A stretch of DNA of 64,000 nt from an uncultured Acutalibacter sp. (GTDB lineage: Bacteria > Bacillota > Clostridia > Oscillospirales > Acutalibacteraceae): the NCBI GenBank assembly GCA_964525985.1, contig CAZGLW010000002.1:3281-67280 (forward strand), in the 5' to 3' direction. Numbering within the stretch: position 1 is the stretch's first letter; each line of letters opens with the position of its first letter. Positions 1-8,842 of the stretch are shown here, in pieces. The translations under genes and the position numbers were made by a program. The notes under the pieces were generated by a model. It was not told the DNA's origin, made no database searches, and saw nothing but the letters and a program-made list of their open reading frames with translations.

Positions 1-918
1 GGTAAACAGTCGGACGTAGCCCACAGGGTTGCAGCCGTAGCCGCCCGTCAGTTCTTCCTGACACCCCCATACCGGCATTTCCATATCTACCTTCAAATAG
101 CCGGGAGTGCGCTCTACGCTGTACAGCTTTACACCATTATCTATGGCCTGCACATCCGCGTTGGTGTTTTTGGAAAGGTCTACCGTCACGGGGAAATCCA
201 CGGTGAAGGCCGCTTCAATGGGCTCGTATTCCCCGTTTGTATTGTAGTCCACGTCCACGCCGTACAGCTTGCCGGCCTCCAGAGAAACGGTGAAAGCATC
301 GCCGTCCTTTGCCCCTGCAGGAGCTTCCAGCACCACGGCAACGGCGGTGCCGTCCTGGCGTTTGCTGCTGGCGTAGTTTACCTCTTTGGCCTCCTTCCCA
401 TCAACGAGGAAACGGTAGTCCTCTTCCCCGTTGCACTTCAGAGAGACCTCCCCATACTGCTCCGCCTCCTCGGGGACGGAAAGGGAAAGAGTGACATAAA
501 TATACTTCCCGTCGCAGAAGGCCTCGTCCACGGTCAGGCCGTAGCCGGAACCCTCCCTGGCTGCGGCCGCCGCATTTACCTGCTGCGCGGCGTCCTGATA
601 GGTTCCCACGTTCCCGCCTATAGGAGTCATGCTGCCAGTATTCATCAGGGTAAACAGGCTGCCAATCAAAGGCAGTTCTTCCGCAAAAGCGGGATTTATG
701 GTGTTTACGCCGAACAGCATTAAAAACGCGGCCGCTACGGCGCTGACAGAATAGACAATCCCCTTGACTGGCGAGCGCCTGTGCTTTTTGACGGGCAGTT
801 CTTCAGGCAGTTCGGCATAAACCTGCCGCAGCTTTCGGTCAACGGCTCCGGGCGTTTGGGTAATATCCAGGTCCTGCTTTAAGGCCTCCAAATCGAAATT
901 ATTCTCCAGATGCTTCAC
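1..918 (-). CDS. DUF4179-type anti-sigma factor (partial, runs off window start)
   Basis: Manual translation from GTG 918 (RBS AGGGAGG): MKHLENNFDLEALKQDL..., a TM helix, then NPAFAEELPLIGSLF typical of DUF4179. Overlaps the sigma stop. Not in the ORF track. Confidence 0.75.
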   Translation of the reverse strand, partial: MKHLENNFDLEALKQDLDITQTPGAVDRKLRQVYAELPEELPVKKHRRSPVKGIVYSVSAVAAAFLMLFGVNTINPAFAEELPLIGSLFTLMNTGSMTPIGGNVGTYQDAAQQVNAAAAAREGSGYGLTVDEAFCDGKYIYVTLSLSVPEEAEQYGEVSLKCNGEEDYRFLVDGKEAKEVNYASSKRQDGTAVAVVLEAPAGAKDGDAFTVSLEAGKLYGVDVDYNTNGEYEPIEAAFTVDFPVTVDLSKNTNADVQAIDNGVKLYSVERTPGYLKVDMEMPVWGCQEELTGGYGCNPVGYVRLFT

Positions 919-1435
919 AGCAATGTTCCTCCCTTTCTGTGTAGACTTTCTTAAACCGCTGCCGCCCACGGGAAAGACGGCTTTTCACCGTGTTTTCGTT
1001 GACAGACAGCATGCGGGAAATGTCCTTTACCGACAGGCCGTCCAGATAGTAAAGGGTCAGCACCAGCCGGTCGTTTTCCGCCAGGACTGCAAGGCTTGCC
1101 TGAATGTCAATTATCCGGTCACGGTCTTCCTCCCGACCGATCTCCGGCAGGTTCTCCAGCGGAACGCTGTTTCTCCGGCTCCTCAGAATGTCGTAGCAGT
1201 TGCAGATCAATACTCGTGTCAGCCAGGTCTTAAAGTATTTCGGCTCCCGCAGGGTGCACAGCTTGGCAAAAGCGGTCAAAACCGTCTCCGACACGGCGTC
1301 AGCGGCGTCCTCCTCATTGTGAAGTATGGCAATTGCCGCCCGGCTCATAGAAAGCTTGTGGGCTTCAATCAGCGCCACAAAAGCGTCCTTATCGCCCTTT
1401 TGCGCCCGCTTCACCAGCTTTTCTGTTCCGCTCAA
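899..1435 (-). CDS. ECF RNA polymerase sigma-70 factor
   Basis: Region 2 (DAADAVSET...FKTWLTRVLIC) and region 4 (YYLDGLSVKDISRML...TVKSRLSRGR). Confidence 0.95.
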   Translation of the reverse strand: MSGTEKLVKRAQKGDKDAFVALIEAHKLSMSRAAIAILHNEEDAADAVSETVLTAFAKLCTLREPKYFKTWLTRVLICNCYDILRSRRNSVPLENLPEIGREEDRDRIIDIQASLAVLAENDRLVLTLYYLDGLSVKDISRMLSVNENTVKSRLSRGRQRFKKVYTEREEHCCEASGE

Positions 1436-1488
1436 TTTTTCTCACCACCATTTTACCCAATTCGTGTAAAAGCTTTTACACTCATTAG

Positions 1489-1514
1489 AGACAAAAACCG
1501 GAGAAAAGGTTTCA
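1489..1514 (-). promoter_or_regulatory. ECF-type autoregulatory promoter (TGAAAC...TGTCT)
   Basis: Minus strand TGAAAC-cttttctccggtttt-TGTCTC upstream of the ECF sigma gene. Confidence 0.55.
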
Positions 1515-1534
1515 GGCCCCGCAGAATTTTTCCC

Positions 1535-1561
1535 AAAAAAAGAACCCCCCTTTCGGGGGGC
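1535..1561 (-). terminator. Intrinsic terminator after GH25 pair
   Basis: CCCCCC-GAAA-GGGGGG followed by a T-tract on the minus strand. Confidence 0.7.
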
Positions 1562-1567
1562 TGAAAA

Positions 1568-2473
1568 CTAATACGGCTGAAAGCAGATGTTGATATCGAC
1601 CCCGCCCTCAATGCCGGGGACTTCCCCGTTTTCCGTGTACTGCCATAAGCGGAAATCATAGTACAGGCTGGGTGCTTTTTGGTACTCGGCGTACCACAGG
1701 TCGTACTCCTTTAATTCCTCCAGGTTAAAAAACTCGTAGGCCATGCTTTTGTTGGTGTAAACGCACGGAGTGTAACCTGCCTGCTTTACCCTGTCGCAAA
1801 AGGACTTGGCAAATTCAGTTACCTCTCCGCCGTCCATGTTGTAAGCCCGCAGGCTCTCGGCGGGGGTGGCGTCGCTGGGCATGGGCGTTTCCCAGTCGAA
1901 CACCACAGGGTAGGCCAGCTTCCTGCCGTTCAGCGTATCAATCACAAAATCAGCTTCGGCTTCAGCTTCCGCCTTTGTTACCGCCTGCGAGAAAAAGTAG
2001 ACCCCCACGAACAGGCCGGCACCGGTGGCATTTTGAAAATTCTGCTCAAACTTCTCGTCCACATTCAGAAGCCCCTGAGTAGAGCCCCGGTAACCCAACC
2101 GCAAAATGGCAAAATTCATGCCCGCTCCCTCTACGGCGTCCCAATCCACATCTCCCTGGAACTCCGAGACGTCCACGCCCAAACGGGCGCTTGTGCTGTC
2201 GTATGTAAGAAAACCGTCCTTCTCTACGAATTTCTCCCGATCGTATTGGTTCTTTCCCAGATTAAAATCGGGAATAAGCGTGTTGCCCTCATAAATATCG
2301 CTGACTAAAAGTTCCCCTTCGGGAATTACGATGCTGTTGCCGTTTTCATCCACGACGGCAGAACCGCCCTGCTCCAGGGCCAGCACCACGGCCCCCGCCA
2401 GGAGAAGCGCAGCGGCCAGTCCGCCCAAAACGCACCAAAATATTTTCTTTTTTTTCGCGGAATCCATATGCAT
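1568..2473 (-). CDS. Membrane-anchored GH25 lysozyme/muramidase (catalytic residues intact)
   Basis: N-terminal K-rich segment and TM helix; GVDVS, FDWE, WQYT...VDIN motifs. Confidence 0.9.
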   Translation of the reverse strand: MHMDSAKKKKIFWCVLGGLAAALLLAGAVVLALEQGGSAVVDENGNSIVIPEGELLVSDIYEGNTLIPDFNLGKNQYDREKFVEKDGFLTYDSTSARLGVDVSEFQGDVDWDAVEGAGMNFAILRLGYRGSTQGLLNVDEKFEQNFQNATGAGLFVGVYFFSQAVTKAEAEAEADFVIDTLNGRKLAYPVVFDWETPMPSDATPAESLRAYNMDGGEVTEFAKSFCDRVKQAGYTPCVYTNKSMAYEFFNLEELKEYDLWYAEYQKAPSLYYDFRLWQYTENGEVPGIEGGVDINICFQPY

Positions 2474-2508
2474 GGCGCTCCTCCTTTCCGGCCCGTCCGA
2501 TCATTTTG

Positions 2509-3402
2509 TCAACTGCCGTATTTTTTCAGAGCCAGGTCAATTGGCACATCTTTCTCAATACCGGGGACTTTTCCCTCCTTTGTATACTGCCATATGGTGA
2601 AATTGTAATAAAAGCTGGGGACCTCACGGTACTCGGCGTACCACATGTCATAGTCCCGCAAAGCCTCCAGATCCAGGCTTTCATATCCCATAGATTTATC
2701 GCAGTAATAGCTGGCCGTATAACCGGCAGCGCTTGCTTTTTGGCAGAAGGTGCCGATAAAACCGGTAATCTGATCGCCGTTGCAGCGAATAGTACGGTCA
2801 TCCTGGTTCTTCGAACCGTCATCGTTAATGCCGTACGTCCAATAATAAGCCAGAGGATATGTAACGGTATATCCCCGTATCTTTTCCAGCACAAAATTTG
2901 CCTCTTCCTCGGCCTCAGCGTCGGTAACGGCTTTGGAGAAAAAGTACGCGCCCACGGGCAGGCCCGCGTCGATAGCCCCCTGGATATTGGCTTCAAAGTT
3001 TGAATCAGAAACGATCTTTCCCGTTTTATATTCCCGGTAGCCCACACGGATAAGGGCATAGTCCACACCGCTTTCCGCCACCTGGTTCCAATCGATCTCT
3101 CCCATCTGCTCGTTTACATTGATGCCCACAAAGGAATCCCCGCCCTCGTAGGTAATAATGCCGTTGCGCTCTAAAAACTGATCGGGCTTGTACTGGCTGC
3201 CGGGAATATCAAAGTAGGGAATGGTCATTTCCCCGTCATACAGGTCCTTTACGGTACGGTCCGTGGTGCCGTTGTTCGACACCAGTTCCACCAGGGTATC
3301 CCTGGGCCCCTGGGCCAGCGTAATGGCGGAAACCGCCACCAGCACGATCACCAAAAAGGCAATAATCAGCAAAAAAATGTTGCGCTTTTTCGTGGAATCC
3401 AT
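2509..3402 (-). CDS. Membrane-anchored GH25-fold protein, catalytic acids lost
   Basis: Paralog of the neighbour starting MDSTKKRN; has GINVN, YYWT and VPID in place of GVDVS, FDWE and VDIN. Confidence 0.85.
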   Translation of the reverse strand: MDSTKKRNIFLLIIAFLVIVLVAVSAITLAQGPRDTLVELVSNNGTTDRTVKDLYDGEMTIPYFDIPGSQYKPDQFLERNGIITYEGGDSFVGINVNEQMGEIDWNQVAESGVDYALIRVGYREYKTGKIVSDSNFEANIQGAIDAGLPVGAYFFSKAVTDAEAEEEANFVLEKIRGYTVTYPLAYYWTYGINDDGSKNQDDRTIRCNGDQITGFIGTFCQKASAAGYTASYYCDKSMGYESLDLEALRDYDMWYAEYREVPSFYYNFTIWQYTKEGKVPGIEKDVPIDLALKKYGS

Positions 3403-3459
3403 AGAGGTCAATTCCTTTCTAAAACGGGGCTTGCCCCAAAAATCTCTCAAACTGGCTTT

Positions 3460-3550
3460 ATTATACAGGAAAACAACCATAAACGCAAGATTTCGCGGTA
3501 AAATCCCGATAATTTACCCGCTTGCCGGAATCTTCCTTTTCTGATACAAT
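3460..3550. promoter_or_regulatory. Divergent sigma-A promoters with an inverted repeat between them
   Basis: Minus: TTGCGT-17-TATAAT. Plus: TTGCCG-17-TACAAT. GGTAAAAT-N6-AATTTACC at 3497-3518. Confidence 0.5.
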
Positions 3551-3597
3551 GAAGGTATAACAGATACTCAAAACCACCGCGAAGGAAAGGGTCCCTT

Positions 3598-4047
3598 ATG
3601 AAAAGCAATACTCTCGACGCGGACCGGAACCGCGACTTTGCCCGGGATTTGGGCAGATTCGTCACCTTTTTGCAGCACAGCAGGCGAAAATTTATGGGAG
3701 AGCGGCTCCGGGAATACGATTTCTCCGGAGCGATGTATACTATCCTGCTCCATGTGGACCGTCACCCTGGAGCCACCCAGGACAGCATCTCGACACATAT
3801 GTATATTGACAAATGCAATGTGGCCCGGCGTACCAAAAAGCTGGAGGAACTGGGATATATCCGCAGAGAGACCGATCCCGGGGACCGCCGCCAGAACAAT
3901 CTTTATCTTACGCCAAAAGGTCAAAAACTGGTCCCGGTCATCCGGGAATATCTGGCCCAGTGGGGAGAAAAAACCGCCGCCGCGCTGTCAGAGGAGGAAC
4001 GGGAGATCCTATTGCTGCTCCTCTCCAAGATGACCGGCCAGCAGTAA
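3598..4047 (+). CDS. MarR family transcriptional regulator
   Basis: wHTH with LEELGYIRRETDPGDRR...LTPKG. Confidence 0.95.
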   Translation: MKSNTLDADRNRDFARDLGRFVTFLQHSRRKFMGERLREYDFSGAMYTILLHVDRHPGATQDSISTHMYIDKCNVARRTKKLEELGYIRRETDPGDRRQNNLYLTPKGQKLVPVIREYLAQWGEKTAAALSEEEREILLLLLSKMTGQQ

Positions 4048-4623
4048 AAATTCTTCTCTGCCGTACAAGGCGTTTAGAGCGTCCAGCAAACCGTTGGAGG
4101 ACAGCCGTTCCGGCAGGTCCAAAGCCTTTTGCAGGGCCTTTCGTTTTTCGCCGCTGTTCGGCCCGCCGGACAATCCCAGCCCATACAGGTCCGCCTTGCT
4201 GATTTTTTCGCCCCCTGCCCCCGGAGCCGCCTGCCCCTCCTCAAGGGCAGCCCCGGCCCGTTCCAGGGCCTTCCGCAGGGTCGCAAGGTCCATACCTTCT
4301 ACTCCCAGCTTGCCTTCTTTAGATGGAACTGCCTTCCGGCGTTCTTTACCTGTCACATCAGGGATATAAGCGTGCATGACCCTTCCTTTCTGCACACAGG
4401 AAGCGATCTTTCCCCGGATGAGGAAGCCTGCCCCGTCACTGTCCGTCAGCACGACCAAGCCGCGTTCTTCCGCCAGCCGACGGAGGTAACGCAGCTTTTC
4501 TTTATCCCGGAAAATGCCGAAACCATGTGTCACTACAATGGTTCCGTCCACCAGGGAAGACAGCTTGATCTTATCGTATTTGCCCTCTACCACCAGGGCT
4601 TCCTTCAGCTTGAGCCTTGCCAT
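4009..4623 (-). CDS. rnmV: Ribonuclease M5 (Toprim + DUF4093)
   Basis: VVEGKYD, LTDSDGAGFLIR, KLGVEG; start MARLKLK. Confidence 0.85.
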   Translation of the reverse strand: MARLKLKEALVVEGKYDKIKLSSLVDGTIVVTHGFGIFRDKEKLRYLRRLAEERGLVVLTDSDGAGFLIRGKIASCVQKGRVMHAYIPDVTGKERRKAVPSKEGKLGVEGMDLATLRKALERAGAALEEGQAAPGAGGEKISKADLYGLGLSGGPNSGEKRKALQKALDLPERLSSNGLLDALNALYGREEFLLLAGHLGEEQQ

Positions 4624-4636
4624 ATCTTTCCGTCCC

Positions 4637-5692
4637 TTACGAAGCCGCCAACAACAGCTTGGCAATCAGTTCCTCCAAAGCGATCCTGCCGTCTATGCGG
4701 GAACCCTTCAGGGCCATGTCTGTTTCCAGCAGCAGTTCCAAACTTTTCCGCAAAGTCTCCGGTTTCATGGAGCGGGCGTTCCGCTCTCCGCTGCGCAGGC
4801 GGAACTCTTTGCCCTTATAGTCCCCGTATTCCCTCGCCGCTGAAGCGGGCTTCCCGCTTTCCAGAGCGGTCCTTACCCTTGCCATGTCGACATACGAAGC
4901 CGCAAGAGCGCCTAAAATGGCAACAGGCTCTTCATTCTGGTAGAACAGGGCGTCCAGCAGGCTGTACGCTTTTTCATAATTGCCGGCAACCAATGCGTTT
5001 GCCATTAAAAACACCGTGGTCTCGGTGGTTTTAGGCACAAGTTCCTCAATGCTCTCCCGGGTGATCCGGGCATTTTCCCCCTCCCGGGCGTTCCCCAGGG
5101 CAAAAGCGCACAGCTTCTCCATTTCACTGAGCAGCTGCGTCACATCCTGGCCCGCATATTCCACAATCCTCCCGGCGTCCTGCCGGGACAGCAGGACCCC
5201 GTTTTTTTCGGCCTCCCGAAGCAAAAGCTTCTGCAGGTCCTGGACGCTTCTGCGGCCGCAGAGCAGGACCCCTCCCTTTTCCTGGCAGGTCTTTAAAAAT
5301 TTGCGCCATTTGGCGGACTTTTTCCCGTCAAAATCCAGAGTGGGGTACCAGAACACCAGGGTGGTGGTGTCGGGCACGCCATCCAGCATCTCGTAAAGCT
5401 TGTTCAGTTCCCCGGCATCCTTTTCTTCCACGTCAAAGTCAGATACGGACACGCATTTATGCTCCGCAAAAAAGGGCAGGGCCTCCACCGCGTCGGCAAT
5501 GCCGTCCACCGCCGATTCCCCGTCGAATTCCTGACTGTTGAACTCCGGGAACGCATCGCCGCCGGCCTTTTTAATGAGCCGCCCGGCGGCCCTTTTTACC
5601 AAGTACTTCTCCTCTCCCCCAACCAGGTACAGGCTGTAAAGCTCTCCGGAGGCCAACTGCCTTTTTAAATCTCCCTCTTCCATTTCCGGCAT
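4637..5692 (-). CDS. holA: DNA polymerase III delta subunit
   Basis: LYLVGGEEKY, LPFFAE, EMEKL; follows comEC as usual. Confidence 0.9.
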   Translation of the reverse strand: MPEMEEGDLKRQLASGELYSLYLVGGEEKYLVKRAAGRLIKKAGGDAFPEFNSQEFDGESAVDGIADAVEALPFFAEHKCVSVSDFDVEEKDAGELNKLYEMLDGVPDTTTLVFWYPTLDFDGKKSAKWRKFLKTCQEKGGVLLCGRRSVQDLQKLLLREAEKNGVLLSRQDAGRIVEYAGQDVTQLLSEMEKLCAFALGNAREGENARITRESIEELVPKTTETTVFLMANALVAGNYEKAYSLLDALFYQNEEPVAILGALAASYVDMARVRTALESGKPASAAREYGDYKGKEFRLRSGERNARSMKPETLRKSLELLLETDMALKGSRIDGRIALEELIAKLLLAAS

Positions 5693-5722
5693 GGCGCTCT
5701 CCCTCCTTTCCGCTCTTTTCCC

Positions 5723-7927
5723 CTACGGACTGATCTCCGCCCAGACTCCTTCATCACCGGCCAATATCCACCGGCCCGGAGGAAGCTCGTCCAGCAGAGA
5801 AGCCTCCTCCTGGTCTTTGTCCGCTTCTATTATAGCATCACTTTGCAGAACCGTAAACGGGCAATTGATTTTACTGTCCTCTACCGCTGTAAAAAGCAGT
5901 TCGCACTCACCCTCGCCAGAGGGCCTTGTTTCCACTGCGACGGCGGTCTCTCCCACAGTAACGGTGATCCGGTCCATATCTCCCAAAATCTCCGCGGTAA
6001 CGCCGTCCAGTACGGTAAATCTGTCTCCGTCCCCGGCAAAAACCGTTTTCACTTCTTTGCTCACCGGAAGCAGTTCCGCGCTTCCTTTTGCGGATGAAGG
6101 CAGGACCAGCAGCTCAACCGGGTAGGCATCCAAAACCTGGGCCGCCGCCTCCCGGGCGTCCCAGTCCCACACGGGCAGACATAAAACCTCCACTTTGCCG
6201 ATATTCCCCTTAGTCAAAATGGAAACGGCGGCCCCTGTTCGGAACCCGCCCAGCCCTAAAATTGAGGCCTTGCCGTTCCTCATCACCGCCACGCAGGAGG
6301 AACCACCGGCAGCGGCAAAGGTCACCTGATTTTCGGAAAGCCCGGTCCATCCTGTAAAGCAGAGGCACAAAACCGCCGCCAGCGCAGCCGCCTTCCCCTT
6401 CCGGCCCAAAAGAAAGGCTGCCCCGGCCAGCAGAAAAATCATGCACAGGACCAACAGACATTGCGGCCTTTCCAGATTTAAATAGGCCGCCGGGATCCCA
6501 GCCAGTTTTTCCGCTCCCCACAGGACCCCTTCAGCAAGCCAGCCCCCGCAGAACACGAAGGGCTTTTCCAGGCCAGGCAGAGGGACCAGCCCCAAAAATG
6601 CCCCTATCGCCGAAACATGCAGCAGCAGGGTGCAGGGGAAAACCAGCAGCAGGTTCGCCAGAGGAGCCAAAATGGGAATCCCTCCGAAGACTGCCAGCTG
6701 TATGGGAAGCGTAGCCGACACTGCCGAACAGGTAAGCTTCAAAGAAGCTGCTGCCGGGGCAAGGTCCTTTTTCAGTCTGGGGCAACGGCGGAAAGCCCGG
6801 AGCGGACCCTTCCGCCAGGAACCTGCCCAAAGCAGGATGCCAAGCGTAGAAAACACCGACAGCGCAAAGCCCAGATCTCCGCCGGAAAAGGGACGGAAGA
6901 GGCAAATAACCAGCACGGCGAAGCCCAGTGAGTTTACACCGTCTGTCCTCTGTCCCAGGGAATCGGCGGTTAAGTACAGAGAAAGCATTAGCCAGCTTCG
7001 CATGGCGGAAGATGGGACCCCAATCAGGCACAGGAACCCAAACAGCAGCAGGGAAACTGTCAGGTTTTTTATCCATTTTTTCAATTTTGTCCTGGCCATA
7101 AGCCGGGAAAGAAACGCGCTTAATATTGAAAGATGCAGTCCTGATACCACGACCAGATGGGATATGCCGGTCTTTTGAAAATTCCCGTAATCCCCGTTTT
7201 CTAACCCGCTTTTCTCCCCCAGCAGGATGGCCCTGATCAGTCCCGCCTCCCGTTCCGGCAGATTTCTCTGGAACACCCGGCCGATCTCCCTCCGCCAATA
7301 TGCCAGCAGAGATGAAAAATCCAGTCCTGCCCCAGGGACAACTCTGGCGCCGCTCCCGGCCAGGTACCCGCCCAGGGAAACACCGTCCGCCCAATAGGAG
7401 TTCCGGCTGGAATAGAGACCGTCGCCCGAAAAAGCGTAAAACCCCGCCTCACATTCCACAGTGTCTCCCGGTTCGCAGGCAAAAGGCTGCCAGGCGGAGA
7501 GTCTGGCGGTAAATTCCGGCAGATCCAGGGCCTCTCCCTCCACTGATGCCTGCCGGACACGGATAAGGTAGTACCATTTGTGCCAGGACTCTTCCGGAAA
7601 GTCCAGAACCTGGGCCTGCACCTGAACTTTTTTGCCATCCAGGGCAGCAGTAAGTTCCGCGGCCTCCCCCGCTGCGGACCCATATAGGAACAGACAGGCT
7701 CCGGCCGCTAAAAGGGAAAGCGATATGATTGCGGATATACGAAAAACTCCCGATCCGGATAAGGTCGAGAGCTTGCGTTTATAGAAACAAATAACTGCCA
7801 ACAGCGCAACCAACCCCGCTGCCAGGCAAACCCAACAAAGCCCGGGCGGGAGATACGAACCCAGGCAAGCGCCCAGCGTAAGGGCCCCAAAGGCGCTGAA
7901 ACCGATGACTGCAAAGGGGCGGTCCAC
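5723..7927 (-). CDS. comEC: ComEC/Rec2 competence channel
   Basis: AILLGEK, TGISHLVVVSGLHLS, SAMRS motifs; multiple TMs; probable GTG start at 7927. Confidence 0.85.
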   Translation of the reverse strand: MDRPFAVIGFSAFGALTLGACLGSYLPPGLCWVCLAAGLVALLAVICFYKRKLSTLSGSGVFRISAIISLSLLAAGACLFLYGSAAGEAAELTAALDGKKVQVQAQVLDFPEESWHKWYYLIRVRQASVEGEALDLPEFTARLSAWQPFACEPGDTVECEAGFYAFSGDGLYSSRNSYWADGVSLGGYLAGSGARVVPGAGLDFSSLLAYWRREIGRVFQRNLPEREAGLIRAILLGEKSGLENGDYGNFQKTGISHLVVVSGLHLSILSAFLSRLMARTKLKKWIKNLTVSLLLFGFLCLIGVPSSAMRSWLMLSLYLTADSLGQRTDGVNSLGFAVLVICLFRPFSGGDLGFALSVFSTLGILLWAGSWRKGPLRAFRRCPRLKKDLAPAAASLKLTCSAVSATLPIQLAVFGGIPILAPLANLLLVFPCTLLLHVSAIGAFLGLVPLPGLEKPFVFCGGWLAEGVLWGAEKLAGIPAAYLNLERPQCLLVLCMIFLLAGAAFLLGRKGKAAALAAVLCLCFTGWTGLSENQVTFAAAGGSSCVAVMRNGKASILGLGGFRTGAAVSILTKGNIGKVEVLCLPVWDWDAREAAAQVLDAYPVELLVLPSSAKGSAELLPVSKEVKTVFAGDGDRFTVLDGVTAEILGDMDRITVTVGETAVAVETRPSGEGECELLFTAVEDSKINCPFTVLQSDAIIEADKDQEEASLLDELPPGRWILAGDEGVWAEISP

Positions 7928-7931
7928 TTCG

Positions 7932-8471
7932 TTATTTAAAGAACAGCGGCAAGGGCTCCAGGTAAATGATGTCGTCGCGGTCTTTGGCATCGCCCTCAGC
8001 CAGCACGCAGGCCTTACCCACCACCTGGCCGCCTATGGTGTGAAGAAGTTCCTCCATTGCCGCCAGAGACTCGCCAGTAGAGATAACATCATCTACGATC
8101 AAAATTCGCTTGCCCTTCAAATTTTCACAGTCGGCTTTGGAAAGGTACAGCTTCTGCACGTGGTCGGTGGTAATGGACTTCACCTCTACATGGATGGGGT
8201 CTTCCATATACGCCTTCACTCCTTTGCGCGCCACCACATAATTCCGGCAGCCGATACGGGCCATCTCGTAAGCCAGGGGAATTCCTTTGGATTCGGCTGT
8301 GACAATCACATCATGAGCCGGGCACTTTTCCATCAAGGCTTTCGCGGCGGCTTCTGTGATCTCCACATCGCTGAACATGACAAAGCCCGCGATGTCCATG
8401 TGCTCGTCGATAGGACAAATGGGCAGCGCCCGGTCGCACCCGGCAATGTTCATCTTGTAATATTCACTCAT
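7932..8471 (-). CDS. Adenine/purine phosphoribosyltransferase family
   Basis: TAESKGIPLA and ILIVDDVISTGESL PRPP motif. Confidence 0.9.
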   Translation of the reverse strand: MSEYYKMNIAGCDRALPICPIDEHMDIAGFVMFSDVEITEAAAKALMEKCPAHDVIVTAESKGIPLAYEMARIGCRNYVVARKGVKAYMEDPIHVEVKSITTDHVQKLYLSKADCENLKGKRILIVDDVISTGESLAAMEELLHTIGGQVVGKACVLAEGDAKDRDDIIYLEPLPLFFK

Positions 8472-8491
8472 AATCGGTTCCTCCTTTAAAA

Positions 8492-8842
8492 TCAGCCCTT
8501 TGGAAAGGGCGGCCAACCCATTTCTTTACCACCCAGCAGATGGAAGTGCAGGTGCTGGACGCTTTGCATCCCGTCTTTGCCGCAGTTATTTACAATGCGG
8601 AAACCGTTGGTAAGGCCCAGCTCCGTCCCCAGCTTTGCCGCCACCTCAAAAATATGGGCCACCACACCGCTGTTTTCGGGGGTAATCTCCACAGCGGACG
8701 CAATATGCTCTTTGGGGATAATGAGTACATGGACAGGGGCCTGAGGATCCAGGTCTTTAAATCCAAGCACCAGGTCGTCCTCATACACCTTATCGGAGGG
8801 AATCTCCCCTTCCGCTATCTTACAAAAAATACAGTCGCTCAT
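8492..8842 (-). CDS. hinT: Histidine triad nucleotide-binding protein
   Basis: CIFCKI...QSVQHLHFHLLGG. Confidence 0.95.
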   Translation of the reverse strand: MSDCIFCKIAEGEIPSDKVYEDDLVLGFKDLDPQAPVHVLIIPKEHIASAVEITPENSGVVAHIFEVAAKLGTELGLTNGFRIVNNCGKDGMQSVQHLHFHLLGGKEMGWPPFPKG

